In this document: positions 22,716 to 34,886 of the stretch, piece by piece | How positions within the stretch are numbered: position 1 is the stretch's first letter | How the letters are laid out: each line of letters begins with the position of its first letter | Origin: Chiloscyllium plagiosum | Lineage: Eukaryota | Reading direction: 5' to 3' | NCBI RefSeq assembly: GCF_004010195.1 | Contig: NC_057750.1 | Location: forward strand, 11,223,359 to 11,281,427 | Length of the DNA stretch: 58,069 bases | Position numbers and translations under genes: made by a program | Notes under the pieces: generated by a model | The model's input: the letters and a program-made list of their open reading frames with translations, nothing else | Databases searched by the model: none | What the model was told of the DNA's origin: nothing

Positions 22716-22727
22716 TTCCCTCCTTTT
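22716..22727 (-). promoter_or_regulatory. Polypurine tract
   Basis: AAAAGGAGGGAA immediately before the TG of the 3' LTR. Confidence 0.9.
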
Positions 22728-22791
22728 GTCATTTCATGACAACTACATAGCTTATACAAGTATAATTGGTCCATTTAGTCAATTTGTATTC

Positions 22792-24637
22792 TTAATACGT
22801 AAGGTGCCTCGTCTGGCGAGTCATCATCCGGAGGAGCAGAATCTGAAGGTTCTGGATTTCAGCATGGGAGTTTAGGCATGGAGATACAGGAGTAGACAAG
22901 GGTCGATTAACCAGGTTCCTCTTTGGCTTAGGTGAAAAGCAATGTACGGTCCATTTCATGCATAAGCGGATGACAATGTATATTCCTAGGATGAGACCAA
23001 GGATTATCAATGCGTCCCACATGATCCATCCACACAGCGACCATAGCCAGCAAGTAAAACTCCATCCACATGAATTGGACGACGGTGGGGCAGGTACCTT
23101 CCCTGTGTCTTGACCCGTTTTGTTGATAACATCTATGTCGTCCGAAATATCCTTTGAGAAATCATCGATGTATGTGCAACATTGTTGGCCAATGACTGAA
23201 CAAGCGCCTCCTTCTTTAGCAGGGAGGAAATCTAACACTAGCTGATTCTGAAGTGTCATCATCTGGGCCTTCTGTAACTTTTTGTTCATCAGCTTCAGAG
23301 CGTGGACAGTTCAGTTGGCAAGTTTTTCGATGTCAAATGCAAAGTCACTTATCTGATCTAGGGCCATCTCAACAACCCAGCCAGGAATAAGGCCTCCCAG
23401 CAATCTGAACCACCAGGTTTGTTGATGGAAGAAGTTGTGAAAGTCTCGTTTTGTTTTTTCTCTATTTTTTGTTCTGTACTGATTCACATGTTGTTGGGCA
23501 TTCCATTCATCACCTACTTCAGTACTTCATGGTGGAGGGTAAAAAGTGGTAAGGTGTGCACTAAGGCACAACGTCCGTACCAGTCATTGGGTAAATATGG
23601 TTAGGCTTTGTTTTCACATAGTCAATGAAGGCTAAGAGGAGTTTCTAGGGTGCACTTCCGTGAGTGAATGACTAGTCCACTCAGAGTGAGAGCTGAATCT
23701 TGTAAACAGTGGGTGCTATCAAACATTTGGTTGTCCAAGTGTATTAACGGATGGAGAGTAGGAGTACGACCAGTATCTTTGATAATATTTTTATATAGTT
23801 TTCAATTCACTTGCCCCATGTCGTGGGTACCGGAAAGTCTTTCAATGCACCATTCTAACAGCGGAACATCATTAACGTTGAGTCCTTTAGGTTTGTTTGT
23901 GAACTTCACACAGCGACGCACTTCTTCTGCTGAATGGGTTTTTCCATCACAAATGATGGATTGCGGTGAGTCCTATTTACACATCGTACATCAGAATGAT
24001 GGGAGAGTCAGCAGATAACATATGGATTAGGGGGTTTAGCTTGAATAAAGAAACCATTAGTAACAGAAGGAGGGTTGGGAGTGCATAGTATTTTTCATCT
24101 TTTTAAAATTTTTCCAGTTTGTCTTGTTGATTATAGTAGCTACTGAATACAGGAAACGTGTAAAGATATTTCTGTCAGTGGCAGTAAGTCGGGTAGGAGA
24201 GAATTCCTTCAAGAAAGCATAGGTGGTCAGTCTCACGGCAATAGGTGACATAGGGTTGGTGATTTTGGTACTACGTGCTCAATACTGCAATCTGTATAGT
24301 TCATTTTGAGAGAGGAACAGACAAACATTTCAAAGGAAGTTTTCGGTTGACGGAGCAGATGAGGATTATGGAATTGTGACTGGCATAGAAATGTTAACAC
24401 AATGTGAGTAGTTTAAATGAGTTTCAGCTGGGCAGCTGCATTCATGACTTCCAATGGTATTAGTGCAGGTTTCATTTATACAGTCACATTGGAGTTTTAG
24501 CCGGTCTGAGATATCACAGATGGGTTGGTTACATTTGGGCGCACATACTTGGGTCGTGTTTTCATTAGATGCCTGTATCAATGCTAATATTAACACTGTG
24601 AGGGGGATACAAGCTTGCAATGTTCTTTGTAGACCAT
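22792..24637 (-). pseudogene. env: ERV env (disrupted SU; TM nearly open) with an N-terminal EGF-like module
   Basis: Signal-like IPLTVLILALIQA; W.C..KA..YLPNDWYGRC motif; cleavage site REKTKR then fusion-peptide-like WWFRLLGGLIPGW; ISD LQNQLVLDFLPAKEGGA; CSVIGQQCC (CX6CC); membrane span ALIILGLILGIYIVI. Confidence 0.9.
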
Positions 24638-26600
24638 GTTGAACATCCTTCTACCGTTACTGCAGTTTCAGTTGTCAAAAAAACTTGATAAGGACCTTTC
24701 CAGCGGAGGCCCAATTTATCACGATTACAGACTTTCAATAGTATGTAGTCACCAGGGTTAATGTCTTTCTTCTTCTTTCCCTGGTACTTCTTTGACCTGT
24801 TGATTACAAGACTGTAATACTTAATCAGGTATCTGTGCACTTCTCCTGCCATGACATGCACATCAACAGGGTGTTGGGCAGTTAATGGTGCAGACCAGGG
24901 AATCCTCAGGGGCTTTCCATAGATCAGTTCAGCCGCCGAGAATCCTGTCTTTTTCAATGGCATGGTTCTCATATTAAAAAGGGCAATTGGGAGTACTTTC
25001 AGCCAATTAAGGCCCATTTCCTCTACCAACTTGCTTAGCTGACCTTTTAAGGTACCATTGGCTCTTTCTACAATTCCCGCTGCTCAGGGATGGTTGGCAC
25101 AATGGAATTTTTGATTCATATTCAAATTCTTGCATCATGCCTTGTTTAGCTCCACACTGAAGTGGGGGCTATTATTGGAAGAGACCGTTACTAGCATTCC
25201 AAATCTGGGTATGATTTCCCTTAACAGAGTTATACAAGTAGTTGTGCAGTCAGTACAGGGATAAGCTTCAATCAATTTATTAAGTAATACTTATAACAAT
25301 GGCATCTAGGTAACTCGATTGTATCAAAAGGTGCACTTGGCAAGGGAGTTTCACCCGGTGGACACCTCACTCCTTTCCTGGGATTATGCTTTTGACAAAT
25401 TAGGTAATTTGCAGCGGCTTCTTTTGCTTTTTCTTGCAGGTGGGGATTTCACCAAGTTTGGAGAATTCTGTCCACCATTCCCTCCTTACCTACATGCATA
25501 TGTGTATGAACATAGTCCACTAAAATAGGCAGAAATGAGTCGGACAGACATGTCTGTCCTACTGGTGTAACCCAAAGCTTATTGTAACTATTTACATACA
25601 ACCATGGTTCATCCATTTTTGTTTTCCTCATCAGAGGCGTCCCCCTGATGGGCCCGTATTTGTTCCAGGTCAGGCATGGTTGGGGTTTCAGAAGAGGAGA
25701 TAGGAGAGTCTCTCTTTGGTTTCCTATTTGTCATTTGAGTAACCATGTTGTTTTGTTCAAAAGCTGCTTTCTTAGCAGCTGTGTCAGCGGCGTTGTTGCC
25801 TTTAGTGACAACAGAAGCATCAGAGGAGTGAGCAGAACGTTTGATAATTGCCAATTGAAAGGGAAGTTGAATAGCAATGAGGAGATTAGTGACATAGGCA
25901 GCATTGAGGATAGGGTGCCTGATGAGGTAAGGAAGCCACGCTGCTGCCAGATTTGACCAAAATCATGGGCACATCCAAAAGCCTAGTGGGAATCAGGATA
26001 GATATTAGCTGACTTTCCTTCAGCAAGTATACAGGCAGGGGTGACTGCTTGGAGTTCAGTTTGCTGGGTGGAACAGGGTGGGTAGACAGAATAAGCTTCT
26101 ATTGTATGGGACAAAGTGACAATCCCATATCCTAACGTGCGTGTGCCCTCTGGAGAGATAGAAGAAGAACCATTGACATAAAGTGTAAGGTCAGGGTTAA
26201 TAAGACCCTGATCCGTAAGATCAGGACATGGTTTAGTAAGAAGACTATTTATAAGAACACAACCGTGGGGAGGTTCAGGCAGTTCAAGAGGTTCTTCCTG
26301 CAGGAATGTAGCAGGGTTAATGTTAAAACAGTATTTAAGTAATGAAATCTCATCGCGACTGAGACGAGCTGTAATGAGGTGTTGATTACGTTTAGAGGCA
26401 AGCAAGGACACCACAGAATGGGAGGTACAGACTTCTACATTTAGATGTAAAGTTATATTAGAGGCAGCCACTACTATAGTTTGGATAGTGGTGAGAATCT
26501 GGTGCAGGAAGGCTTACTACCTGAACAACAGGGTCAAGCTTAGTAGAATAAACTGCAACAGGGCGCCAAGAGAAGCTGGGTGAGAACAGCTGTTGCACAG
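24590..26600 (-). pseudogene. pol: ERV pol remnant: connection, RNase H and integrase only
   Basis: ATAVLTQ...RPVAVYSTKLDPVV; LYVNGSS, QQTELQAV, NIYPDS, GNNAADTAAK (RNase H); HTHMH; NWLKVLPIALFNMR; RWKGPYQVFLTTETAV (integrase C-terminus). Many stops and frameshifts. Confidence 0.9.
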
Positions 26601-26603
26601 GTG

Positions 26604-28585
26604 TCAAGGATGGAAAAGGGTTTTGTGCTGTAAAAGGGACAACCTGGAGAGGGCAACCAAGAGGTTGCCAGCTGCTTCCACTCTGGCGATCAACAGGGGG
26701 CTGCTTTGAGAAAGGACAGTTCTTGGACCAATGTCCTGGTTGATTACAATTGAAACAAATGTAAGATTGTTGGGGGACTCTAGGGGTGGGGGAGGCAGTG
26801 AAGAGTAGTGAGAGAATATATGGGGAGTAAGGGGCATCATGGACTGTTAGGATGACACATAGGAGGACCCAAGGTCTATAGGGATGTTGTGAATACACGG
26901 TACCAGTCCTACTGTCCTGCTATACTGGATGATAGTATGAGGGTTCCATTTGATAACCTGGCTGACTTTGCGGATGGAAAGGTCTGTTTTGAATCCTGGA
27001 TTTAGTTTTAGCCCCTGTAGTTTGGGCAAGTTCTGTCTTGACTTTGCCGATGGTAGCTTTATTGTTGGAAACCTTTAGTTCCTGGAAATAACAAACCTCT
27101 CGGCTGAATTGTGCAACCTCGGCGTCTTGCCAGTGGAGGTTGTGGGTTTTAATAGCCTTCTGTACCTGATCAGGTAAAATGATCATACATAGGGCATTAA
27201 ATTGGGGTGATCGCCCTTGTGGATAGTTAGCATCACCGGAGTAGGCACCATAGCATTCCTTAAAACGGGTCAGGAACTCGTCAGCCCCTTCGCCAGACCT
27301 AGGTTTACATGTTAAGACTTTACCCACATCAACTGCACGACGCACTGCTTGGCGGAGACAGGTAATAATCCAATCCAATCTGTTAGGTTCGGCCTGGTGC
27401 TGGACTACAAGCTGGGTATGATTATTGCACTGTAAAATTTCTAACAACTCAGCTCATTTTTCAGGAGAAAGGGGTATTCTATGAGGTGAAGTTGGTTTTG
27501 GGAGGCTGCATTATAAATGGTTCTAGTCCTGTTAACACAATTAACAAATCCCTCAGGATTCTTTCCATAACCTGGAGCCTCATTGATAATGCTTGAGCGT
27601 TCATGAGGTTTCCATGGTTGATAAAGATCCATAAATTGGGCTTGTCCCGGATTCAGGGCCTGTGGGTTCGGAACTCTTCAATTTGGGAAATTTCTCTGGC
27701 CCTCCCACATCAGGGCGAGTGCAAGGATTGATATTAAGGTCCCGAGACTTAGATTGCAAATCACCGATGTCTTCGGGATTTATTAGTATCGGGGCAGTGG
27801 GAATCAAAGGAGTCTCTTCAGTGTTCCTTCCACTTTTTAATTTTAATTGGCTCCGAGAGCAGTGGGCTATGGGTTTGTGGTAAGCTGGATCCTTAATAAG
27901 CTGAACAGTTGGGGAAAGGGCATGGGCCTTGGCATGTTCGTTATCAGAGTAGGGAGGGGAGTTCAGTCGACATTTTGAAGTGTGTTTGCCTTGGCCATAC
28001 GGTGGGTGAGTTTTGAGGGGGGGGTACTCAGAGAAGGTCAGCTGACAGCACGGGAGGTGTAAGATATTTCTTCCTCCGAATCAGTGTCCCATTTCTCATC
28101 CGCAGATGGATTTGAATTCTTTAGTAATGGGTCTTTGGGAGAGGGGAGGGTGGGGTGTAAGGAACAGTCTTTGTCCTTTTTTTTTATTTTCTCCCTAGCC
28201 AATTCCAATTCTGCTTCTAAATCATGTGCTTCACATTTGCGTTTTAGTTCTGTCCAATTTAGTTCAGATCCTTCCTCAGTTAATGGATTAATTTCCCATT
28301 TTAAAGTTTTGTCTCCACGATGATTGCATGGATTTTTCCCATTTTTCCCCGAGTTATCCTTCTTCCACACTGTTTTGGCTTCTTTCTGCTTACTTCCCTT
28401 TCTTTTTCCCCAAATCCCTTGTTCAATTTTAATGAGTTGATTTAAATCATGTGTGCCTCCTAGAGGCCAATCCTTATTCTGTTGAGCAGCTGTGGTCGAT
28501 ATTTCCCTTAGTTGTTTCTCATAGTTCGGTTACAGACTTATTATTTCTGTCAAGGGACATTCGTCTTATCTAGGGTCATACCCAT
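26604..28585 (-). pseudogene. gag: ERV gag (disrupted)
   Basis: Probable start MGMTLDK at 28585; matrix-like WPLGGTHDL; YQPWK at the capsid start; MHR-like CKPRSGEGADEFLTRF; single knuckle CFNCNQPGHWSKNC. Confidence 0.88.
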
Positions 28586-29081
28586 ATTTATCCTACTTAC
28601 TTTAAACCTTCACAAACTATTGATCTACAGGGGCTCCAACCCCACAAAGCACAAAACACTGACACAAAACACAAACATTCACTCACCAACAAGCAAATGT
28701 GCATCCAAACCGAATCTCAAAGGGTTAAACTTTCTGCAAGCTGCAGGGAATAATCTGTCTGTCTATCTGTCTGTCTCTCTCTCTCTCTCTTTCACACATA
28801 CGCAAACATTTTAGAAGATAACAACTGAACAACGAACAACAAGACTAATTATTTCCGCAAAGAATTCTCGACATTCTAAAACCCTGACAGTTTCTGTTTT
28901 TAGTACCTATTTAAACAACCCCATTTTGGGTTCCATCAGGGTACTGTGAGAGTAGAATGGGGGAAGCCACACACAACGATACAGACTAAGAGCAATCAAG
29001 GTATAATCTTACCTTGTGGGCCCGTTGGATTCAAGTGAAGCTACTGTTTTCCAGTTTCACTCAAACATAGCCCTTGTTGGA

Positions 29082-29099
29082 ACTCTGCTCACAATGCCA
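29082..29099 (-). promoter_or_regulatory. Primer binding site, best resembles tRNA-Ser(CGA)
   Basis: TGGCATTGTGAGCAGAGT, 3 nt after the 5' LTR. The complement of vertebrate tRNA-Ser(CGA), recalled from memory, is TGGCGCTGTGAGCAGGAT (14/18). Confidence 0.7.
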
Positions 29100-29102
29100 A
29101 AT

Positions 29103-29756
29103 TGTTAAAGTACCTATTTGAGACAGCTCAGGGAATCCCTTGTGGACTACAGACCTGTAAGCCTCTCTCATGGTTCGTCCTGGAGATCATACTCTTTGGT
29201 CGTCTGGAATAAAAAAACTCTTACAGACAGTTTAGTTTAATTTTAATCATCCGCTTCATTTACTAATAACATCACTGTTAGAACATAACACTGACACCTA
29301 TAAGCCAGGCCAACTGGATTTAAATAATCCAAGTGAGTAGAACATCAACTCTTCAAGAGCCCTGGCAGGCTACTCCGCTGTACTACCACAAACAAACTAT
29401 CTTTATGCACCACTTTACAAAGGCTGTATTGTCACAAACACAAAAAGTTAACAAAAGCACTAAATGTTCTGAACTAGACAGATAATAGTGAAGGACAATA
29501 ATTCGGGAGAGAAGTTCATTGATACCGAATTTTGTTCTGAGGTCAAAATTAAAGATTGTTTATTAATTTCAGAAAGGAACAGCCATGGATGTTATCGCCT
29601 GGCGTCTTGTTTATACAGATTCGCTGATGTTAAGGCAAATGTTTGTAATTATCTTATCTTAATGTCCATATTCTAGTATGCAGCAAATGTGTTCTATCAA
29701 AATTACATTTTAGTCTAAATGTTTAAGGACAACATTTAAGACGATAAACTTTCTCA
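29103..29756 (-). repeat. ERV 5' LTR (654 bp)
   Basis: Direct repeat of 22059-22715, TG...CA ends, followed on the - strand by the PBS. Confidence 0.93.
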
Positions 29757-30680
29757 TTCTTTCAGTTTTCATAAGATCAGATGCCAATTTTTTGATGTAC
29801 TGTAATGAAGTATTAAGATGAAACACCCTAATGCCGAGCACTTTTCAAACACAAACAAAAAGTTTCTGAAATGATAAATGGATAAATGTGCATTCAGATT
29901 TCCATACTTGGGTGATCCAAAGAATTAGCTATTTTGAATGATTTTCATGTGCCAGTCTTGCTGATGGGCTTCTGAGCACTGCTAGTTTCATAATACTTTT
30001 GATGGCTGAAAATGGAAAATTGTGTCTGTCAGCTCATGTGCTAAGAAAACAAAATGGTTATTAAAAATACATTGGTTGTGAAAAGGCTGGCTATGGCAGA
30101 GGCATTGGAAAGGGGATTCTATTTGTCAAATCTTTTAGGGGACATTCTGTACGAAGGGCACGATGAAGATCATTTTTCTACAGCATTGTTTGTAGGACAA
30201 TGTACCACTGTACAACAAGAGGTTCCAAGTTGGCCTTGCTGTTTCGAAAGAACTGTTGACGACAAAGGAAATGTTCCATGATCAAATGGGCTGACGCGAG
30301 TCACCAATTATGGTTGTTTAACAAAAAACAGCACTTCCACAAAAATTTATTTGGGGTCTTAGAAGAAAGCATCTTATAATGCAATCCTACTCATAATATG
30401 CAAAATAATTCTTTTACTTGCTTGAAATATTGTTTGTGTATATTAAATGTTAAATTTTAATTAAAAGCAAGAAGGAAATTGGTCAATTGTTTCAATTAGG
30501 TTTATGTATCTACCTATAGGTGGAAGACATTGATTATTCATACGCACTGCTGTAATTAACTAAACACTTACCTACATAAAAGAGGAGTGGTGTCAGGAAA
30601 TATATACCTGTAATGTTGCATTTGTGAATAAACCTATTCCATTTAAAGACTGGCTCTGGTTTCTTCCTCCACCGGTTTTC
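29757..30680 (+). mobile_element. Ty1/Copia-like retrotransposon 3' remnant (RT end, RNase H, PPT, probable LTR)
   Basis: VIKNTLVVKRLAMAEALERGFYL resembles VV.STLAAE.LA..EA; IKWADASHQL..CLTK resembles QLADCLTK; purine run AAAAGCAAGAAGGAAA near 30463-30478, then a segment containing AATAAA. Confidence 0.65.
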
Positions 30681-30965
30681 ATACAGTCCCTACAATGTGG
30701 AAGCAGGCCATTCAGCCCATTGAGTCCACAATGACCCTTTGAAGAGCATCCCACCCTGACCCAGTCCCTGTCCTATCCTTGTAAACCCCATGGCTAATCC
30801 ACATAACCTGCACATCTTTGGACTGTGGGAAGAAACCAGAGGAAACCCACACAGACACGGGGAGAATGTGCAAACTCCACACAAACACCAGAGGGTGGAA
30901 TCAAACACATGTCCCTGGTGCTGTGAGGCAGCAGTGCTAATCACTGAGCCACTGTGCCACCCCAA
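30680..30965 (-). mobile_element. HE1/V-SINE
   Basis: GGTGGCACAGTGGCTCAGTGATTAGCACTGCTGCCTCACAGC head and TGGAGTTTGCACATTCTCCCCGTGTCTG core on the - strand. Confidence 0.9.
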
Positions 30966-32429
30966 AGGATATCACAGAACATCGAACATTACAGCAAGAT
31001 AGTATTCTGTTGATTAGTGATGCTACTAGGTGCAAATGAGTATTAAAAGGGGATGACAGAGCAGATGAATGAATAATTGAAAGATGATGTGGAAGGCAGC
31101 ACTTTTGATTCCTGAAATATTGGTGCAAATCCTGGGGGAAATGGGTCTGTACAGATTGCACCTGAATGGACCCAGAACCAACTTTCCTGGGATGATTTGC
31201 TCGTTCTACTTAACTGAACTCAGCTTAGATGTGAGAAGCAGGAGGCAACACCAACTAGGAAAACAGAAAATTGAGAAAAACAAATAACTCTCGAGTAGGA
31301 ACTAATAAGGTGGAGTCAGAGTCATAGGAATGTAATAACACTAAGGTGGTAAACCATGGCTCACATGACCCAGATGGCTCTGTATCGCACCAACTGGATC
31401 CCAGTGCTTGTGCTGTGAAACCAAGACATTGCACATTCTTAGCATGTAACAACTGTCTGTTGTGAACAGCTTCATAGAGGGAGAGAGTGAAAGAACAAAT
31501 AACAATACTGGGAGGGATGAGGGTTGCAACAAGTTTCAAGACTTCATTCATGCCCATCCTCATCGCCTTGCAAGTCCATGATTGATTTGGTCTTCAGTGG
31601 ACTGCCATTCTGTTTCCTTTTGTAGTTTTCCAATTGTCTGGTGTAGTGCTGTATGAGCCAGTTAGTGTTATCTTAGAGCACTCCAGCTCCCTAACCCACC
31701 CTTTTTCTGCTGACTTGTAGGCTTTGTCTGGAAAAGGAGATTTCTGATCAAAGTTTCAGATACAGTGAAGAAGAGCTTGTAGGTATCATCTCACTGAAGG
31801 GATATTATTGTTATAATAATTTAATGAGGTGGAATTTAATTTACATCAATGCATTAATTATACACAGGTGAAATAAAACAATTAATTATGATTCAGAAAC
31901 TATGGCACATATACCTTAAGTTTATTGAAGTTAAAAGAAAACTTAAAGTGAAATAAATATATTAGAAAATTTCTCGCATTTATATATTTCATACAATTTG
32001 CAGTTACATTTTGTTTAAATATATTTCCTCACAAATGTGTGTGCTGTAGTAACTCTCTTATAGAACACAATGACGTAATGGTAATGACATTGGACTATTA
32101 ATCCAAGGACTAAAGGTCATGCTCCAGGGATGACCATTCAACTCCCACCATGCCAGCAGGTTGAATTTAAAGAGAATTGTTGAAGGAATCTGGAAATCAG
32201 TCATTGTAACCATGATTGTGGCAAAAGACTAAGTGATTCACAAATGGCCAATAGGGGAGGAAACTACTGTTATTACAGAGTCTAGCCAACATGTAACTCC
32301 ATCTCCACAGCTATGTGATTGATCTAAACTGCCTTTTGAAATCATTTAGCAAGCCACTCAGTTCAAAGGCAAATTGGGGATAGGCACTAAATGCTGGCCT
32401 TGTCAATGTTGTCAGAGAAGAATACTGAG

Positions 32430-33995
32430 ATGCAGGCTATTAGACCAGACGGAGATTAAGGTTCATAAGGAGGAGGTGTTAGCAATTCTGGAAAGTGTGA
32501 AAAAAGATAGGTTCCCTGGGCAGGATTGTCTGCAAAGCTAGAGAGGAGATTGCAGAGCCTTTGGTTTGATCATTATGTTGTCATTGTCTATAGGAACAGT
32601 GCCAAAAGACTGGAGGATAGCAAATATTGTCCCCTTGTTCAAAAAGGGAGTAGACAACTTTGGTAACTACAGATTGTGAGCCTTACTTCTGTTGTGGGTA
32701 AAGTGTTGGAATGCATTATAATAGTTAGGATTTATAATCATCTAGAAAGGAATAAGTTGATTAGGGAGAGTTAACACGGTTTTGTGAAAGGTAGGTCGTG
32801 CCTCACAAACCTTATTGAGTTCTTTGAGAAGGTGACCAAACATATGGCTGAGGGTAAAGCGGTTGATGTGGTGTATATAGATTTCAGTAAAGCGTTTGAT
32901 AAGGTTCCCCACAGTAGGCTATTGCAGAAAACACATAGGCACGGGATTGAGGGTGATTTAGTGGTTTGGATCAGAAATTGGCGAGCTGGGAAATATTCAG
33001 TTACTAGTGGGGTACTGCAAGGATTCATTTTGGGGCCACTGCTGTTTGTCATTTTTATAAATGACCTAGATGAGGGTGTGGAAGGATAGCTTAGTAAATT
33101 TGCGGATGACACTAAAGTTGGAGGACTTGTGGATAATGTGGAAGGATGTTGCAGGTTACAGAGGGACACAGATAAGTTGCAGAGCTGGACTGAGAGGTGG
33201 AAAATGGAGTTTAATGCAGAAAAGTGTTAGGTGATTCACTTTGGAAGGAGTAACAGAAATACAGAGCTCAGGGCTAATGGTAAGATTCTTGGTAGTGATG
33301 ATAAGCAGAGAGATCTCAGTGTCCATATGCATAGATCCCTGAAACTTGCCACCCAGGTTGATAGGGTTGTTAAGAAGGCATATGGTGTGTGACCTTTTAT
33401 TGGTAGAGGGATTGAGTTTCAGAGCCATGAGGTCATGTTACAGCTGTACAAACCTCTGGTGCGACTGCATTTGGAGTATTGTATACAGTTCTGGTCGCTG
33501 CATTACAGGGAGGATGTGGAAGCACTGGAAAGGGCGCAGAGGAGATTTATCAGCATGTTGCCTGGTATGGAGGGAAGGTCTTATGAGCAAAGCCTGAGAG
33601 ACTTGAGGCTGTTTTCATTAGAGAGAAGGTTAAGAGGTGACTTAATAGAGACATACAAGATGCTCAAAGGATTAGATAGGGTGGACAGTGACAGCCTTTT
33701 TTCACCGATGCTGATGGCTAGCACAACAGGACATAGCTTTAAATTGAGGGGGTGATAGATATAGGATGGATATCAGAGGTAGGTTCTTTACTCAGAGAGT
33801 AGTAAGGGCGTTGAATGCCCTGCCTGCGACAGGAGTAGACTCACTGACTTTAAGGGCATTTAAATGGTCATTGGATAAATATATGGATGTGAATGGAATA
33901 GTGTCGGTTAGATGGGCTTCAGATTGGATTCACAGGTCGGCGCAACATTGAAGGCCGAAGGGCCTGTACTGCACTGAAATGTTCTATGTTCTATC
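32430..33995 (+). mobile_element. CR1 LINE ORF2 3' half
   Basis: GRSCLTNLIEFFE, DFSKAFDKVPH, LVRLHLEYC; GTTCTAT-repeat tail. Confidence 0.92.
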
Positions 33996-34106
33996 ACATT
34001 GTTTAGGTTGGCTGTGGACAAGGGGAAATACAGTGGGAGAATAACTAACTGGGAGAGGGCTAATTCCAATCTTTGAAGAGGAGAAAGTTCAGATATAGCC
34101 AAGGTA

Positions 34107-34285
34107 AGGTCATTCTGCATGCTATGAGAAACCACTATAGAAAATCGCGCTGTAGAAGGTCACTATAGAAAAGCGCTACACCCGTTCACGAGAAAGTTCG
34201 TGTTATGCAAACAAAGTCCACAATTGGTCAATCGCAATATAGCCAATTCGTGCTGACGAAACGTGCGTTATAGCAGAATGACCTG
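34107..34285. mobile_element. Tc1/mariner-pogo/Tigger-like MITE remnant
   Basis: Left end TA|AGGTCATTCTGC and right end GCAGAATGACCTG|TA: inverted termini with TA flanks. Confidence 0.6.
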
Positions 34286-34772
34286 TACATTTCTATAAGG
34301 GGGAATGGTCATGGAAACAAATCCAGACCCCCCACCCCCCACCCCCGATGAAGAAAGAAAGAGAGAGTAAGAGGAAGCAGAAAATGATAGATGTCAGGTG
34401 AATAACATAATTGGGAATCAGTTACAATACAGAAGTTTGGCCCTCAGTGGTACTGTCCGTAGCTGTGGACAGAGAGACCCAGGTTCAGGTCCTATCTGCT
34501 GCAGAAGTGTGTAATAACATCTCTGAACAGGTTGATTCAATAATAGCTTCAACACATTGGGTAGAGTCTCTTGAGGCACGGTGGTAGTGTCCCTATCTCT
34601 CTACCAGGAGGTTCGGGTTCAAGCTCCATTGGTGTGCAATAACTTCCTGAACAGGTTAATTGGAAAAATAAATTGAGGTAAGGGTTATTTTGATGCAATG
34701 GCAATGTCCTGACCTCTGATCCTGGAGGCCCGGGTTCAAGCGAATAATTTGAGGGAGGGCCGAAATGGTCAG

Positions 34773-34799
34773 GGGGCGGAGTCTCACCCGGAAGCCAAT
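34773..34799 (+). promoter_or_regulatory. BLVRB proximal promoter elements
   Basis: GC box GGGGCGGAGT (34773-34782), ETS-like CCGGAAG (34788-34794) and CCAAT (34795-34799), about 90-115 nt before the ATG, in a locally CpG-enriched stretch. Confidence 0.65.
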
Positions 34800-34886
34800 G
34801 ATACAATTACAGATCGTGGAGAGGAGAACATTGCATTCAGTGTGAGGTCCAGAGCCAGAGAGGTGGCAGTGTCCAAGGGCATAACC

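Larger units (their letters stand above)
22059..29756 (-). mobile_element. Degenerate class I (gamma/epsilon-like) endogenous retrovirus: LTR-PBS-gag-(deleted pro/RT)-RNaseH-IN-env-PPT-LTR
   Basis: Two roughly 655-bp direct repeats with TG...CA ends; gag zinc knuckle, RNase H, integrase and gamma-type TM motifs in the expected order on the - strand. Confidence 0.95.
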
